Part shown: one piece after another, positions 1-9,804 of the stretch | Position numbering within the stretch: the stretch's first letter is position 1 | Layout of the letters: every line of letters starts with the position of its first letter | Origin: an uncultured Gammaproteobacteria bacterium | GTDB taxonomy: Bacteria; Patescibacteriota; Microgenomatia; Levybacterales; UBA12049 | NCBI GenBank assembly: GCA_964533055.1 | Contig: CAZHKZ010000002.1 | Coordinates: 8,129-72,128, forward strand | Reading direction: 5' to 3' | Length of the DNA: 64,000 nucleotides | Made by a program: the position numbers and the translations under genes | The notes under the pieces: model-generated | The model's database searches: none | What the model saw: the letters and a program-made list of their open reading frames with translations, nothing else | Told to the model about the DNA's origin: nothing

Positions 1-983
1 TTGAAACACTTGCATTTAATGTTTCAGCGCTTGTTCTCGCTATGAATGGGTTTGGAGTGAGTAGCTTCACCTATGCTGTAGTGCTTCGTGGTGTGCTTGG
101 ACTCATAGCTGTTTATATTATTTCACCTTGGAAAATAAAGATTGGAATCTCAAGAAAAGCTGCAAAAGAGCTGATGTCATTTGGTATTCCTTTTCAAATT
201 AATTCATTACTCGCGCTGGCAAAAGATAATCTATTTTTTCTCTATCTTGGTGCTGTTTTGCCGCCAGCAGCACTTGGATACATTGGAGTCGCACAGAAGT
301 GGGCATATATACCGCTTCGCTTGATCATGGACAATCTTATTAGAATTACCTTCCCATCTTTTTCTCGACTTGCACATAGTCCTGAATATCTAGGAAAAGC
401 AATTGAGAAGACATTATTTAGCACCGCGTTTTTTATCTTTCCAGCAGTAACTGGAATGGTAATTCTTATGCCGCACTTTATGAGTGTTTTTCCTAAGTAT
501 CAGAAATGGGAGCCAGCTCTTGTTTCACTTACGTTTTTTGGAATAAACGCGATTCTCTCGTCAATTTCCACACCTCTGACTAATGCACTAAATGCTATTG
601 GAAAGATAAAGGTCACATTGTATCTGATGGTATTTTGGACAATAGCCACATGGGTGATTACTCCAACTATGATTCATTTTTATGGGTTTAACGGAGTATC
701 AATTGCATCTGCAATTATTGCGTTAAGTTTTGTTGGGGTTGTAATGCTTGTAAAACGGTTCATTGCCTTTTCAATATTTAAGATCATTTTATATCCGCTC
801 ATTGCCACAATTTGTATGGGAATAGCGCTGAGTGTTTTTGGAAATTACTTTATTACAAGCTATCTTACAATATTCATTGGAATAGTTATTGGCGCACTAG
901 TTTATTTTGCTGTAATGTATCTACTAGCATCAGCTATGATAAGAGCAGATATCCAGATGATAAAGGAGAATCTTAAAAAATAA
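1..983 (+). CDS. Wzx/MOP-family polysaccharide flippase, C-terminal fragment (5' end outside window)
   Basis: The reading frame is open from base 3 with no upstream stop; the first in-window ATG is at 42. The product is polytopic and hydrophobic, ending IRADIQMIKENLKK, which resembles Polysacc_synt_C-type flippase C-termini. It is followed by a GT2 gene with an ATGA overlap. Confidence 0.6.
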   Translation, partial: ETLAFNVSALVLAMNGFGVSSFTYAVVLRGVLGLIAVYIISPWKIKIGISRKAAKELMSFGIPFQINSLLALAKDNLFFLYLGAVLPPAALGYIGVAQKWAYIPLRLIMDNLIRITFPSFSRLAHSPEYLGKAIEKTLFSTAFFIFPAVTGMVILMPHFMSVFPKYQKWEPALVSLTFFGINAILSSISTPLTNALNAIGKIKVTLYLMVFWTIATWVITPTMIHFYGFNGVSIASAIIALSFVGVVMLVKRFIAFSIFKIILYPLIATICMGIALSVFGNYFITSYLTIFIGIVIGALVYFAVMYLLASAMIRADIQMIKENLKK

Positions 984-1894
984 TGAAAATCAGTGTTTGC
1001 ATCACGACATTTAATAGCCAGGAGCATATAGAAGATTGTCTAAAATCTGTTAGTTTCGCAGATGAGATAATTGTTGTTGATCATGAATCAATAGACAATA
1101 CGTTGTCAATTGTTAAGAAGTACACAAAAAATATCTATATTCAAAAGAATGACCCAGAGAAAATAGATCTTCAAAAGAATTTTGGATTTAAAAAAGCTAC
1201 TAATGATTGGATTTTGAGTTTGGATGCTGATGAGCGTGTTCCAGGTGATCTTGCAAAAGAGATTGGTCAGAAAATAAGTATTACTGGTAATGAATATGTT
1301 GGGTATAGAATACCTAGAAAAAATATTATATTTGGAAAATGGATCCAGCACTCACTTTGGTGGCCAGACCTTCAGTTGAGATTATTTCAAAGAGGTAAAG
1401 GTCAGTACTCCCAAGATAACGTTCATAAAGATCTTCAACTAAGTGGGGAATGTGGAAAGCTTGAAAATGTGTTAATACACGAGAATTATCAATCGATTTC
1501 ACAATACTTGCAGAAGATGGATGTATACACTCAGTCAGAGGCAAAAGCATATGTTGCAAGTGGGAAGAAAGTTCATATGACAGACGCAATGAGGTTTCCA
1601 GTTCAAGACTTTCTTAAGACATTTTTCCTTCAAAATGGTTATAGGGATGGTCTCCATGGCTTTGTTCTGAGTTCACTACAAGCATTTTATGCATTTCTTA
1701 TTTTTGCAAAATGCTGGGAAATACAAGGATTTAAGGAAGAGAATAGCGAAGACTTCTTAAAAGTTGTTGAGAGGGAGTGGATTAGAGCTCAGAAGGAAAT
1801 CTCATATTGGTTCTTAACATCATTTATTTCACGAACAAAGAACCCTCTAAAAAAAATGCGACTCTCTCTTCAAAGAAAGGTTAAGACTGTTTAA
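983..1894 (+). CDS. Family 2 glycosyltransferase (WaaE/KdtX-like)
   Basis: N-terminus reads ISVCITTFN...CLKSVSFADEIIVVDHESIDNT...LDADERV, the GT2 DxD context typical of WaaE/KdtX-type LPS-core GT2s. The start overlaps the upstream stop (ATGA). Confidence 0.8.
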   Translation: MKISVCITTFNSQEHIEDCLKSVSFADEIIVVDHESIDNTLSIVKKYTKNIYIQKNDPEKIDLQKNFGFKKATNDWILSLDADERVPGDLAKEIGQKISITGNEYVGYRIPRKNIIFGKWIQHSLWWPDLQLRLFQRGKGQYSQDNVHKDLQLSGECGKLENVLIHENYQSISQYLQKMDVYTQSEAKAYVASGKKVHMTDAMRFPVQDFLKTFFLQNGYRDGLHGFVLSSLQAFYAFLIFAKCWEIQGFKEENSEDFLKVVEREWIRAQKEISYWFLTSFISRTKNPLKKMRLSLQRKVKTV

Positions 1895-1895
1895 T

Positions 1896-2810
1896 ATGCA
1901 AAAAATTGTCATCTCACTTATTGACTATAAAGGGCAGCAGAAGACTGATTCATGTCTTCTGTCGTTAGACCAGATGAGATTTACGAATATGGAAGTTGAA
2001 GTGGTTGTTATAGATAACTTTCCTTCAAGCCCATTTAAGTCTGAAAGGAAATATAAAAACTTCCAACTAAAAGTAATTAGACCAGAAAAAAACTTAGGGT
2101 TTGCAGGAGGTCACAATTTAGGAATAGAGTATGCAAAAGCAAAAGAAGCTGATTTTGTGATTGTTTTGAATAATGACACAACGGTTGATGAGAACTTGCT
2201 CGTCGAGCTTGTGAGGCCATGTGAGAAGGACAGTAAGATTGGGGCAGTTGTCCCAAAGATCTATTTCATGAAAGGGCATGAATATCATAAAGATAGGTAT
2301 AGGCAGTCAGATTTAGGCAAGGTAATTTGGTATGCGGGTGGACACATGGACTGGGATAACATTAATGGAGTGCATGAAGGCGTAGATGAAGTAGACAATG
2401 GTCAGTTTGATCAAGACAGAAAAGTAGATCTACTCACAGGATGTTGTGTTCTTTTTACGAAAAGTGCCCTTGAGTCGATTGGAGGGTTTAATGAATCATA
2501 CTTTCTTTATTATGAGGATGCTGATCTAAATGAGAGATTGAAGAAGGCAGGTTTTAAAGTTCATTTTGCGGCAAAAGCGCATCTTTGGCACCTCAATGCT
2601 GGTTCGACTGGTGGGTCTGGTTCTGTTTTGCAGGACTACTTTATAAGTCGCAATAGACTGCTTTTTGGTATGAGATTTGCATCAAGTAGAACAAAGATCG
2701 CGCTTATCCGTGAGAGTTTACGAATTCTGGTCTCAGGGAGAGAATGGCAAAAAATTGGTGTGAAAGATTTTTATAAACGAAAATTTGGAAAAGGAAGTTT
2801 TGGACTGTGA
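1896..2810 (+). CDS. Family 2 glycosyltransferase (WbbL/rhamnosyltransferase-like)
   Basis: Contains VVVIDNFPSS...VLNNDT...GCCVLFTKSALESIGGFNESYFLYYEDADLNERL, the standard GT2 catalytic core. Confidence 0.8.
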   Translation: MQKIVISLIDYKGQQKTDSCLLSLDQMRFTNMEVEVVVIDNFPSSPFKSERKYKNFQLKVIRPEKNLGFAGGHNLGIEYAKAKEADFVIVLNNDTTVDENLLVELVRPCEKDSKIGAVVPKIYFMKGHEYHKDRYRQSDLGKVIWYAGGHMDWDNINGVHEGVDEVDNGQFDQDRKVDLLTGCCVLFTKSALESIGGFNESYFLYYEDADLNERLKKAGFKVHFAAKAHLWHLNAGSTGGSGSVLQDYFISRNRLLFGMRFASSRTKIALIRESLRILVSGREWQKIGVKDFYKRKFGKGSFGL

Positions 2811-3601
2811 AAAAGCGTACCCTCTCAGTAATAATTCTTACAAAAAATGAAGAATCAATGATCGCAGATTGTTTGTCATCTGTATCATTTGCCGATGAGA
2901 TTGTCGTCGTTGACAATTATTCTACCGACTCAACTGTTGAAATCGCCAAAAAACAGCATGCAAAAGTTATTAGTACAAATGCAGCAAGTTTTTCTATTAG
3001 ACGCGAGATTGGCCTTCAGAAAGCCGGGAATACTTACATTTTTTATCTTGATGCTGATGAGAGAGTGTCTCCAGAGTTAAAAATTGAGATTCAAGATTTT
3101 TTGTCATCAGCTAAAGATACAGACGCATATATTATTAAAAGACAAAATTATTATCTCGGTAAAAATCCCTGGCCTAAAATTGAGCATTTTCCACGTTTCT
3201 TTAAGAGAACAAGTCTTAAGGGTTGGCGTGGCGATCTCCATGAATCACCCATTTTTAACGGTACTCAGGGTGAATTTTCGGGGTATATCGAGCATTTTAC
3301 ACACAGGAATTTTTCATCAATGGTGGCAAAGACGAATGAGTGGTCTGGTGTTGAGGCCAAGTTGAGATTTGATGCGTCTCATCCGAAGATGTCTTGGTGG
3401 AGATTCCCTAGAGTGATGCTTGGAGCCTTTTATGAGTCATTTGTGACTGCGCAGGGATTTAAGGCAGGAAAAGTAGGCTTTATGGAGAGTGTTTATCAAA
3501 GTTTTAGTATGTTCATCACGTACGCGAAGCTGTGGGAGCTTCAGGTTAATCAAGCGAACGCTGCAAAAAGTACTCATAAAAGGGAAAAATTGCTACAATA
3601 A
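2807..3601 (+). CDS. Family 2 glycosyltransferase (WaaE/KdtX-like), paralog of 983-1894
   Basis: GTG start overlaps the upstream TGA (GTGA). Reads SVIILTKNEESMIADCLSSVSFADEIVVVDNYSTDSTVEIA...YLDADERV, the same motif order as the gene at 983. Confidence 0.8.
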   Translation: MKKRTLSVIILTKNEESMIADCLSSVSFADEIVVVDNYSTDSTVEIAKKQHAKVISTNAASFSIRREIGLQKAGNTYIFYLDADERVSPELKIEIQDFLSSAKDTDAYIIKRQNYYLGKNPWPKIEHFPRFFKRTSLKGWRGDLHESPIFNGTQGEFSGYIEHFTHRNFSSMVAKTNEWSGVEAKLRFDASHPKMSWWRFPRVMLGAFYESFVTAQGFKAGKVGFMESVYQSFSMFITYAKLWELQVNQANAAKSTHKREKLLQ

Positions 3602-3605
3602 TACT

Positions 3606-4682
3606 GTGAAGATTGCAATTTTTGATCCTTATTTAGATACCATGTCAGGTGGAGAGAAATATATGCTTACTGCAGCACTCTCTTTGGCAAAGGACCATGA
3701 TGTGACAATTCTTTGGGACACATCTCAAAAATCAGAAATAGCACTCAAAGCGAAACGACGTTTTGGATTTGAGTTAGCACCATTTGCCTTCAAGGATTCT
3801 TTTTTTACAAAAAAAGTATCACTATTCTCACGTTTGATTCAGAGTAGGGCGTATGATGCGATTCTTGTACTAAGTGATGGAAGTATTCCTCTTGTTTCTT
3901 GTGATCTAGTCCTTCATTTTCAGTCGCCAATGGAATGGGTGAGAGCAGACTCATTCCTTTCTAGAATTAAGCTTTTTCGAGTTAAAAGATTTATCTGCAA
4001 TTCAGTTTTTACAAAAGAATATATAGATAAGCGTTTTCATATTGTTAGTGATATTGTCTATCCTCCCGTCTCAATCCAGGCTGATGGAGATTTGTCGATA
4101 AAAGAGAACTATATTCTCAATGTTGGAAGATTCGGGATTACTGGAAAGGGTTCTAGTCTTAAGAAGCAGGATGTTCTCGCAGATGTCTTTTCCGAGATGA
4201 TAAAAAGCGATCTTAAAAATTGGAAAATGGTCTTTATTATGAGTGTTATGGATCAGGAGAAAATAGATTGTGATAAATTTATCCAAAAATATAAAGGACA
4301 ACCGATTGAGTTTATCATTAATCCTACAAACGCAGAGCTTTGGTCCTGGTATAAAAAATCAAGTATTTACTGGCATGCATCTGGGTTTGGGGAGGACATC
4401 AGGGCTCACCCAGATAGAGCTGAGCACTTTGGGATTGCAACTGTGGAGGCGATGGGCGCTGGCCTTATCCCTATTGTGATTAATGCAGGTGGTCAGAAGG
4501 AGATTGTTCAGAACGGGGTAAATGGGTATTTATGGGATACAAAAGAGGAATTGGTAAAGAGAACTCTTGAAGTTATTGAAGATAAGAAGAAACGAACTGA
4601 AATGGCAAAAGCCTCGATAGATAGCGTACATCATTACTCGCTTGAAGAATTTGAGAGGAAAATTCAGGCAATTTTTCTATGA
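3606..4682 (+). CDS. Family 4 (GT-B) glycosyltransferase
   Basis: C-terminal EX7E-type motif HFGIATVEAMGAGLIPIVINAGGQKEIV. I chose the in-frame GTG at 3606 (VKIAIFDPY...) just after the upstream stop at 3601; the track start at 3489 overlaps the previous gene by 113 nt. Confidence 0.75.
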   Translation: MKIAIFDPYLDTMSGGEKYMLTAALSLAKDHDVTILWDTSQKSEIALKAKRRFGFELAPFAFKDSFFTKKVSLFSRLIQSRAYDAILVLSDGSIPLVSCDLVLHFQSPMEWVRADSFLSRIKLFRVKRFICNSVFTKEYIDKRFHIVSDIVYPPVSIQADGDLSIKENYILNVGRFGITGKGSSLKKQDVLADVFSEMIKSDLKNWKMVFIMSVMDQEKIDCDKFIQKYKGQPIEFIINPTNAELWSWYKKSSIYWHASGFGEDIRAHPDRAEHFGIATVEAMGAGLIPIVINAGGQKEIVQNGVNGYLWDTKEELVKRTLEVIEDKKKRTEMAKASIDSVHHYSLEEFERKIQAIFL

Positions 4683-6910
4683 AGTCGAAGCTCATTGCAC
4701 CGTTGGTATTTGTTCTTTGTCTGATTTTCTTTTTTAAAGCATTTTTCTTTAGTGGTTTATTGCCAATTCCTTCAGATTTGCTTGTTGGTTTGTTTCATCC
4801 ATTTAGGGACTCATATGCAAAAGAATATCCAAGAGGAATTCCATTTAAAAATTTTCTCCTTACCGACCCAATTACTCAGCAGATACCATGGAGAGATTTA
4901 TCATTTCAGGAGATGGGTTCAGGTAGTCTTCCTCTTTGGAACCCATATCAAATGGCTGGATATCCGCTCTTAGCGAATATTCAATCAGCACCTTTCTATC
5001 CATTCAATCTTCTTTTTTTAATTCTGCCATTCTCCCTTGGATGGTCAATGCTTATTATCTCTCAGCCCTTAATTGCGATGATAGGAATGTATCTTTTTCT
5101 GAGGCAAGAGAAATTGAGCAAAGAGAGTAGTATTTTTGCGTCGATTATTTTTGCGTTTAGTGGGTTTATGGTCGCATGGCTTGAATGGGGGACGATAGGT
5201 TCAACTGCTGCGTGGATGCCTCTAATGCTATATTTCTTTTCAAGGACAGTTATCGATAAGAGAAAATTACCCCCCTCCTTTTTGTTAGGATTTGCAGTTA
5301 TCTGCTCTTATCTTGCTGGGCATACTCAAACATTTTTCTATGAGATGGTTATTCTTGTCTCATATATAGCTTTTTGTTTCATTAGTAAAAAGTCTCAGCT
5401 TAAAAGCATCCTACCTTCATTATTGGCTATCGGAATTGCATCAAGTATCTTGTTGCCGCTAATCTTGATGCAGTTTCAGTTTATCAATCTTTCTGCGCGA
5501 ATGGTCGATCTTGATTGGCATGCTGTTGGGTGGTTTATTCCGTGGCAGAATCTGATTCAATTTATCGCCCCAAATTATTTTGGCAATCCTGCAACGGGAA
5601 ATTATTGGGGAGTATGGAACTATAGTGAGTTTTTGGGATACGTTGGCATTCTCCCGATAATTTTTGCTTTTGCTGCGCTTCTCTTTGTGAGAAGTCGACA
5701 GGTTTTTTACTTTGGTGCTGTTGCGTTCTTAGCATTTCTTATTGGATTCCCGACTGTGCTTGCATACCTACCTTTTCAAGCGGATATTCCCTTCCTATCG
5801 TCTGCACAGCCTACGCGAATTCTATTTGTTATAGATTTTGCGCTAGCAGTACTCTGTGCATATGGTCTGGAGGCATTTAAAAAAATGCCAAAAAAATCAT
5901 TATTCTTGCCCGCTGGGATTTTGCTTATTCTTGGGGTAATTTTTATAGTTTCAAGGTCAATGATTGGTAGTAGTGCATTGACTCAGGAGAATTGGCTTGT
6001 TGCTCAGAGGAATCTTATTTTCCCAGTAATTTTTACGCTTATTTCTATAGCAATCTTTGTGTTGAGCTCTTTTCTTCCCAGAGCTAGAAGGTTTTTACCA
6101 GTTATCATAATCATTGTTGCTACTATTGACCTCTTTTTAGTTATGCAGAAGTATACGCCATTTACAACTAGTCAATACTTCTATCCAGAAGTGAAGTTGC
6201 TTACATACCTTAAAGACAAGTCGGGGATAAATAGAGTTATGAGTCTGGATAGAAGGATTCTTCATCCAAATATCGCAACAAAGTATCGGATTCAGATGAT
6301 TGAAGGGTATGATCCTCTTTATCTCCTTCGTTATGGTGAGCTCTTAGCAGCGTCAAAAAGACAAATGCCTGATATTGCACCACCCTTTGGATTCTCGAGA
6401 ATACTCACAACAGATCGTTATCTGAGTCCAATTATCAATCTTCTTGGAGTCAAATATATTCTTAGTCTTAATGAGATTAATGACCCTAATCTCAAAGAAG
6501 TGTACGCTCAGGGTCAGACAAAGGTTTATCAAAATAAGCTAGCTCTACCCCGAACATTCTTTGCAGCTCAAGTAAGCACCGTTAGTTCTAAAGAGGGCTC
6601 GATAGAGTTCCTATTTAGAGAAAAGAATTTGTTGGATAGAGTAGTTGCTGAGACAACGCAGACGATCTCAGGGGAGTACTCCAAAGGCATCGTGGAGGTC
6701 ATATCATATGAGCCTAACAGTGTTCAATTGAAGACATCTAATAAGGGCGAGGGTTTTTTGGTGCTGACCGATAGTTTTTATCCAACCTGGAAAGCATATA
6801 TTGATGGGAAGTCAACTCAAATTTACCTTACAGACTTTTTGTTTAGAGGTGTTGTTGTGCCAAGCGGCGACCATCATGTAGAATTTATCAATACTGTGTT
6901 TGCAAGATGA
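4679..6910 (+). CDS. YfhO-family GT-C membrane glycosyltransferase
   Basis: 743 aa and polytopic. N-terminal loop LPLWNPYQMAGYPLLANIQSAPFYPFN and C-terminal FYPTWKAYIDGK...HHVEF are characteristic of YfhO-like proteins. ATGA overlap with the upstream gene. Confidence 0.7.
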   Translation: MKSKLIAPLVFVLCLIFFFKAFFFSGLLPIPSDLLVGLFHPFRDSYAKEYPRGIPFKNFLLTDPITQQIPWRDLSFQEMGSGSLPLWNPYQMAGYPLLANIQSAPFYPFNLLFLILPFSLGWSMLIISQPLIAMIGMYLFLRQEKLSKESSIFASIIFAFSGFMVAWLEWGTIGSTAAWMPLMLYFFSRTVIDKRKLPPSFLLGFAVICSYLAGHTQTFFYEMVILVSYIAFCFISKKSQLKSILPSLLAIGIASSILLPLILMQFQFINLSARMVDLDWHAVGWFIPWQNLIQFIAPNYFGNPATGNYWGVWNYSEFLGYVGILPIIFAFAALLFVRSRQVFYFGAVAFLAFLIGFPTVLAYLPFQADIPFLSSAQPTRILFVIDFALAVLCAYGLEAFKKMPKKSLFLPAGILLILGVIFIVSRSMIGSSALTQENWLVAQRNLIFPVIFTLISIAIFVLSSFLPRARRFLPVIIIIVATIDLFLVMQKYTPFTTSQYFYPEVKLLTYLKDKSGINRVMSLDRRILHPNIATKYRIQMIEGYDPLYLLRYGELLAASKRQMPDIAPPFGFSRILTTDRYLSPIINLLGVKYILSLNEINDPNLKEVYAQGQTKVYQNKLALPRTFFAAQVSTVSSKEGSIEFLFREKNLLDRVVAETTQTISGEYSKGIVEVISYEPNSVQLKTSNKGEGFLVLTDSFYPTWKAYIDGKSTQIYLTDFLFRGVVVPSGDHHVEFINTVFAR

Positions 6911-7884
6911 AAATAAGTGTCGTTATCCCAAACTACAATGGAGAGAAATTGCTCCCAAAGAATATACCTCGAGTTGTCACTGTCTTGAATGAATATTGCC
7001 AAAAGTTTTCGACAACAATTCAGTTAGTTATTTGTGATGATGCGTCAAAAGACAGCAGTGCCACATACCTAAAGGAACTTGAGAAAAAAAGTACGGATGG
7101 AAAGGTCTCATACACGATCGGAATTAGAGAGAAAAATGGTGGGTTTTCGGCAAATGTAAATTATGGAGTTAGTCTAGCAACGGGAGATGTTCTTATTTTA
7201 CTTAATACAGACGTGATTCCAGAAAAAGGGTTTCTTGAACCACTGATTAAGCATTTTAAAGATGAGAATGTTTTTGCTGTTGGATGTATGGATAAGAGTG
7301 TTGAGGAGGTTGGTCAGATTGTTCTAAGAGGGAGAGGGATTGGATCATGGGTCAGAGGATTCTTGCAGCATGGTAAAGGGGATTTGGCGATGAGCAATAC
7401 TCTCTGGGTGAGTGGAGGCAGCGGCGCATTCAGTAAAAAGATTTGGGATGAAGTTGGAGGACTAACTGAATTAATGAACCCATTTTACTGGGAAGATATA
7501 GATATTTCATATAGAGCTCAGAAGTTTGGGTATAAAGTTCGTTTTGAGAAAGAGAGTATAGTCAGACATGAGCATGAAGCTGGGTCAATTAAACAGAACA
7601 CAAAACCATATAAGGTAAGGGTTATTTCATACAGAAACCAATTTTATTTTGTTTGGCTCAATATTAGTGATTGGTCACTTATGCTTAATCATATATTCTG
7701 GTTGCCATTTCATATTTTTTCAGCTGCAAAAAGGAAAGATATTGCATTTCTTAAAGGATTTTCTCTTGCAATGCTTAATGTTGTTTTTGTGCTCAGGCAA
7801 AGAGCGCTCAATCTCAGAAGGTTCAAAATTAGCGATAAGATAATTTTAGGTCAATTTGCAAAGGAATCCTCAAATGATATTTGA
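6907..7884 (+). CDS. Family 2 glycosyltransferase
   Basis: Reads ISVVIPNYNGEKLL...VICDDASKDSS...LLNTDVIPEKGF...YWEDIDISYRAQKFG, a GT2 core. ATGA overlap. Confidence 0.8.
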   Translation: MKISVVIPNYNGEKLLPKNIPRVVTVLNEYCQKFSTTIQLVICDDASKDSSATYLKELEKKSTDGKVSYTIGIREKNGGFSANVNYGVSLATGDVLILLNTDVIPEKGFLEPLIKHFKDENVFAVGCMDKSVEEVGQIVLRGRGIGSWVRGFLQHGKGDLAMSNTLWVSGGSGAFSKKIWDEVGGLTELMNPFYWEDIDISYRAQKFGYKVRFEKESIVRHEHEAGSIKQNTKPYKVRVISYRNQFYFVWLNISDWSLMLNHIFWLPFHIFSAAKRKDIAFLKGFSLAMLNVVFVLRQRALNLRRFKISDKIILGQFAKESSNDI

Positions 7885-9802
7885 AGTAGCTTTTTTTTCT
7901 TTTGTTCTCTTCATAGTCTTTTATCTACCAGGGAGATTTATAGTAAGAAAGTTTGGTTATACATTTCAATCTCAGACAATTCATCTTCCAGTCTCTTTTG
8001 CTGTCGGACTTTCCTCATTCATATTCTGTACATTCCTCCTTTCATATATCCGCTTAGACTTTCTTTATAACTTGTTCATACTCGTTCCGATAATTTATGA
8101 ACTCAAACAGATGTATAGAATTCAAAAGAAGAGAAAGAAAAAATATAGCATTCCATTTCTTAAAATTCTCTTGCTTACTGCAGGTTCGCTTTGGATGACA
8201 TTTCTTATGTGGAATTCTGGCAGAATTATTGATAACTCAATTGTCTTCTATGCAGTTAACTCAGTTGATGCTATCTGGCATCTGAGTCTTATTGGGAACT
8301 TAACCCATTCATTTCCTCCAACACATCCTGGATTAGATCCAGTAACCCTAAAAGGATACAATTTTCTTTATGATTTCCTCTTAGCTAGGTTTGTTACCTT
8401 TTATAGCTTTGATAAATTAGATTTATTTTTTAGGTTGTTTCCTCCATTCATAGCAATTTTCTACGGTCTATCTGGGTTTGCATTAGCCCAGATGCTTAAA
8501 ATGAAAAAAATTACAGCTTTCATTTTTGTCTACCTGCTTTATTTTGGATTTGGTTTCGAAGAATTGCTCTCTCATATATTTAGAATTGATCTTGATCCAG
8601 GTATAGTACACTCTTCTGCAAACATGGTTGATCCATCAGTGATTCTTTCAGTGATTTTACTTTTTTGTATCTTCATTTTATTTTTCTCTGCAAAGAATGC
8701 CAAACAAACTTTATTGCCAGCAATAATGTTAGGGATACTTCCCATGATCAAAATTTATACAGCAGTTTTGGCATTTATATCTTTTGCATGTATCGTGTTA
8801 AAGGATCTTTTATCTAGAAAGTATCAATCTATTCCCTTTTTAATTTGCGCTGGAATTGTAGCTGCGACTTTCTATGTACCAACAAATTTTGGAGCAGGTT
8901 CACTAGTGTTTGCACCATTCTTGATCTTTAAACATTACATGGAAGGTGAAAAGGTTTTTCCTGATATGTTGTGGCCATTAAAGCTTGCGACCTATCAGGT
9001 TGATCATAATTTGATTAGAATTGTACAGCTTTATCTGATTGCCGTTCTAAGTTTTATTATTCCAAGTCTTGGAATAAATATGTTGTCATTGGTAGAGTTG
9101 AGAAATATTTTTAAAGTAAGAACACTATCAGACCAGAATATATTTTTGATTATATTTATTCTTGCTGGATTTGTTATCCCTACGCTTTTTATTCAAAGTA
9201 TTGCTGTTTTTGTCATTATGCAATTCATGTGGATAGCATGCATTATTCTTTTTATTCCAACTGCAAATTCTGTCGCCTATATTCTGCAAACCCCAGGGAA
9301 AATAAAAATCTTAATTCTTTTCTGTATATTTATTTTGCTTAGTCTGATTGAGATGGCACCGATCTATAAACTTTATTCATCTGAGCCAGAAAAATTTCAG
9401 TCTAATCAATTAGAACTTCTAATGCAATTGGGGAAAGTTGTTCCAAGCTCAAACTCTGTGCTTGTGATAAAGTCACCTGAGCAATCTGAGTACAATAAGA
9501 TACTCTACACAACGCCTCTTGTCTCTGCGCTCACTTCTCGTAACGTTTATTATGAGCCAGAGGTGCTTGAATTCGCAAAGTTAGATGAAGTGAGAAATAG
9601 CAGAATTACGAATACTGCTTATTTTGAGTTGATGCTCCAGAACTGTAACCGTGACAAAATTATTGATGAAATAAAGCAATTTAAGACTAGTACAGACGTA
9701 TCGTATCTGCTAGTATTTAAAAATTATTCCTGCCTCTCATCCATCCCTAATCTTAAGAAGATATATGGGAAGGATTCGCTTAGTCTGTACCAATTCCAAT
9801 AA
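7856..9802 (+). CDS. Polytopic integral membrane protein of unknown function (possible GT-C/polymerase-like)
   Basis: 648 aa, about 14 predicted hydrophobic helices and a roughly 150-aa C-terminal soluble region. No motif I recognise. The start could instead be the second ATG at 7874. Confidence 0.55.
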   Translation: MQRNPQMIFEVAFFSFVLFIVFYLPGRFIVRKFGYTFQSQTIHLPVSFAVGLSSFIFCTFLLSYIRLDFLYNLFILVPIIYELKQMYRIQKKRKKKYSIPFLKILLLTAGSLWMTFLMWNSGRIIDNSIVFYAVNSVDAIWHLSLIGNLTHSFPPTHPGLDPVTLKGYNFLYDFLLARFVTFYSFDKLDLFFRLFPPFIAIFYGLSGFALAQMLKMKKITAFIFVYLLYFGFGFEELLSHIFRIDLDPGIVHSSANMVDPSVILSVILLFCIFILFFSAKNAKQTLLPAIMLGILPMIKIYTAVLAFISFACIVLKDLLSRKYQSIPFLICAGIVAATFYVPTNFGAGSLVFAPFLIFKHYMEGEKVFPDMLWPLKLATYQVDHNLIRIVQLYLIAVLSFIIPSLGINMLSLVELRNIFKVRTLSDQNIFLIIFILAGFVIPTLFIQSIAVFVIMQFMWIACIILFIPTANSVAYILQTPGKIKILILFCIFILLSLIEMAPIYKLYSSEPEKFQSNQLELLMQLGKVVPSSNSVLVIKSPEQSEYNKILYTTPLVSALTSRNVYYEPEVLEFAKLDEVRNSRITNTAYFELMLQNCNRDKIIDEIKQFKTSTDVSYLLVFKNYSCLSSIPNLKKIYGKDSLSLYQFQ

Positions 9803-9804
9803 CT

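Noticed and set aside
242-424. Short opposite-strand and alternative-frame ORFs nested in long genes, for example 242-424(-), 1106-1589(-), 2889-3365(+), 4071-4479, 13565-14044(+), 16176-16963(-), 26196-26438(-), 43602-43793(+), 55404-55956 and 58409-59272
   Set aside because: Each lies fully inside a long ORF whose product has clear domain signatures (GT2, GT4, GT-C, ManC). The short ORFs have low-complexity or basic composition typical of out-of-frame translation of AT-rich coding DNA, and none has a recognisable motif.
3489-3605. 5' extension of the GT4 ORF (track start 3489) overlapping the preceding GT2 by 113 nt
   Set aside because: The in-frame GTG at 3606 gives the canonical GT4 N-terminus (V/M-KIAIFDPY) immediately after the upstream stop. 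A long overlap is unlikely in this otherwise tightly coupled operon.
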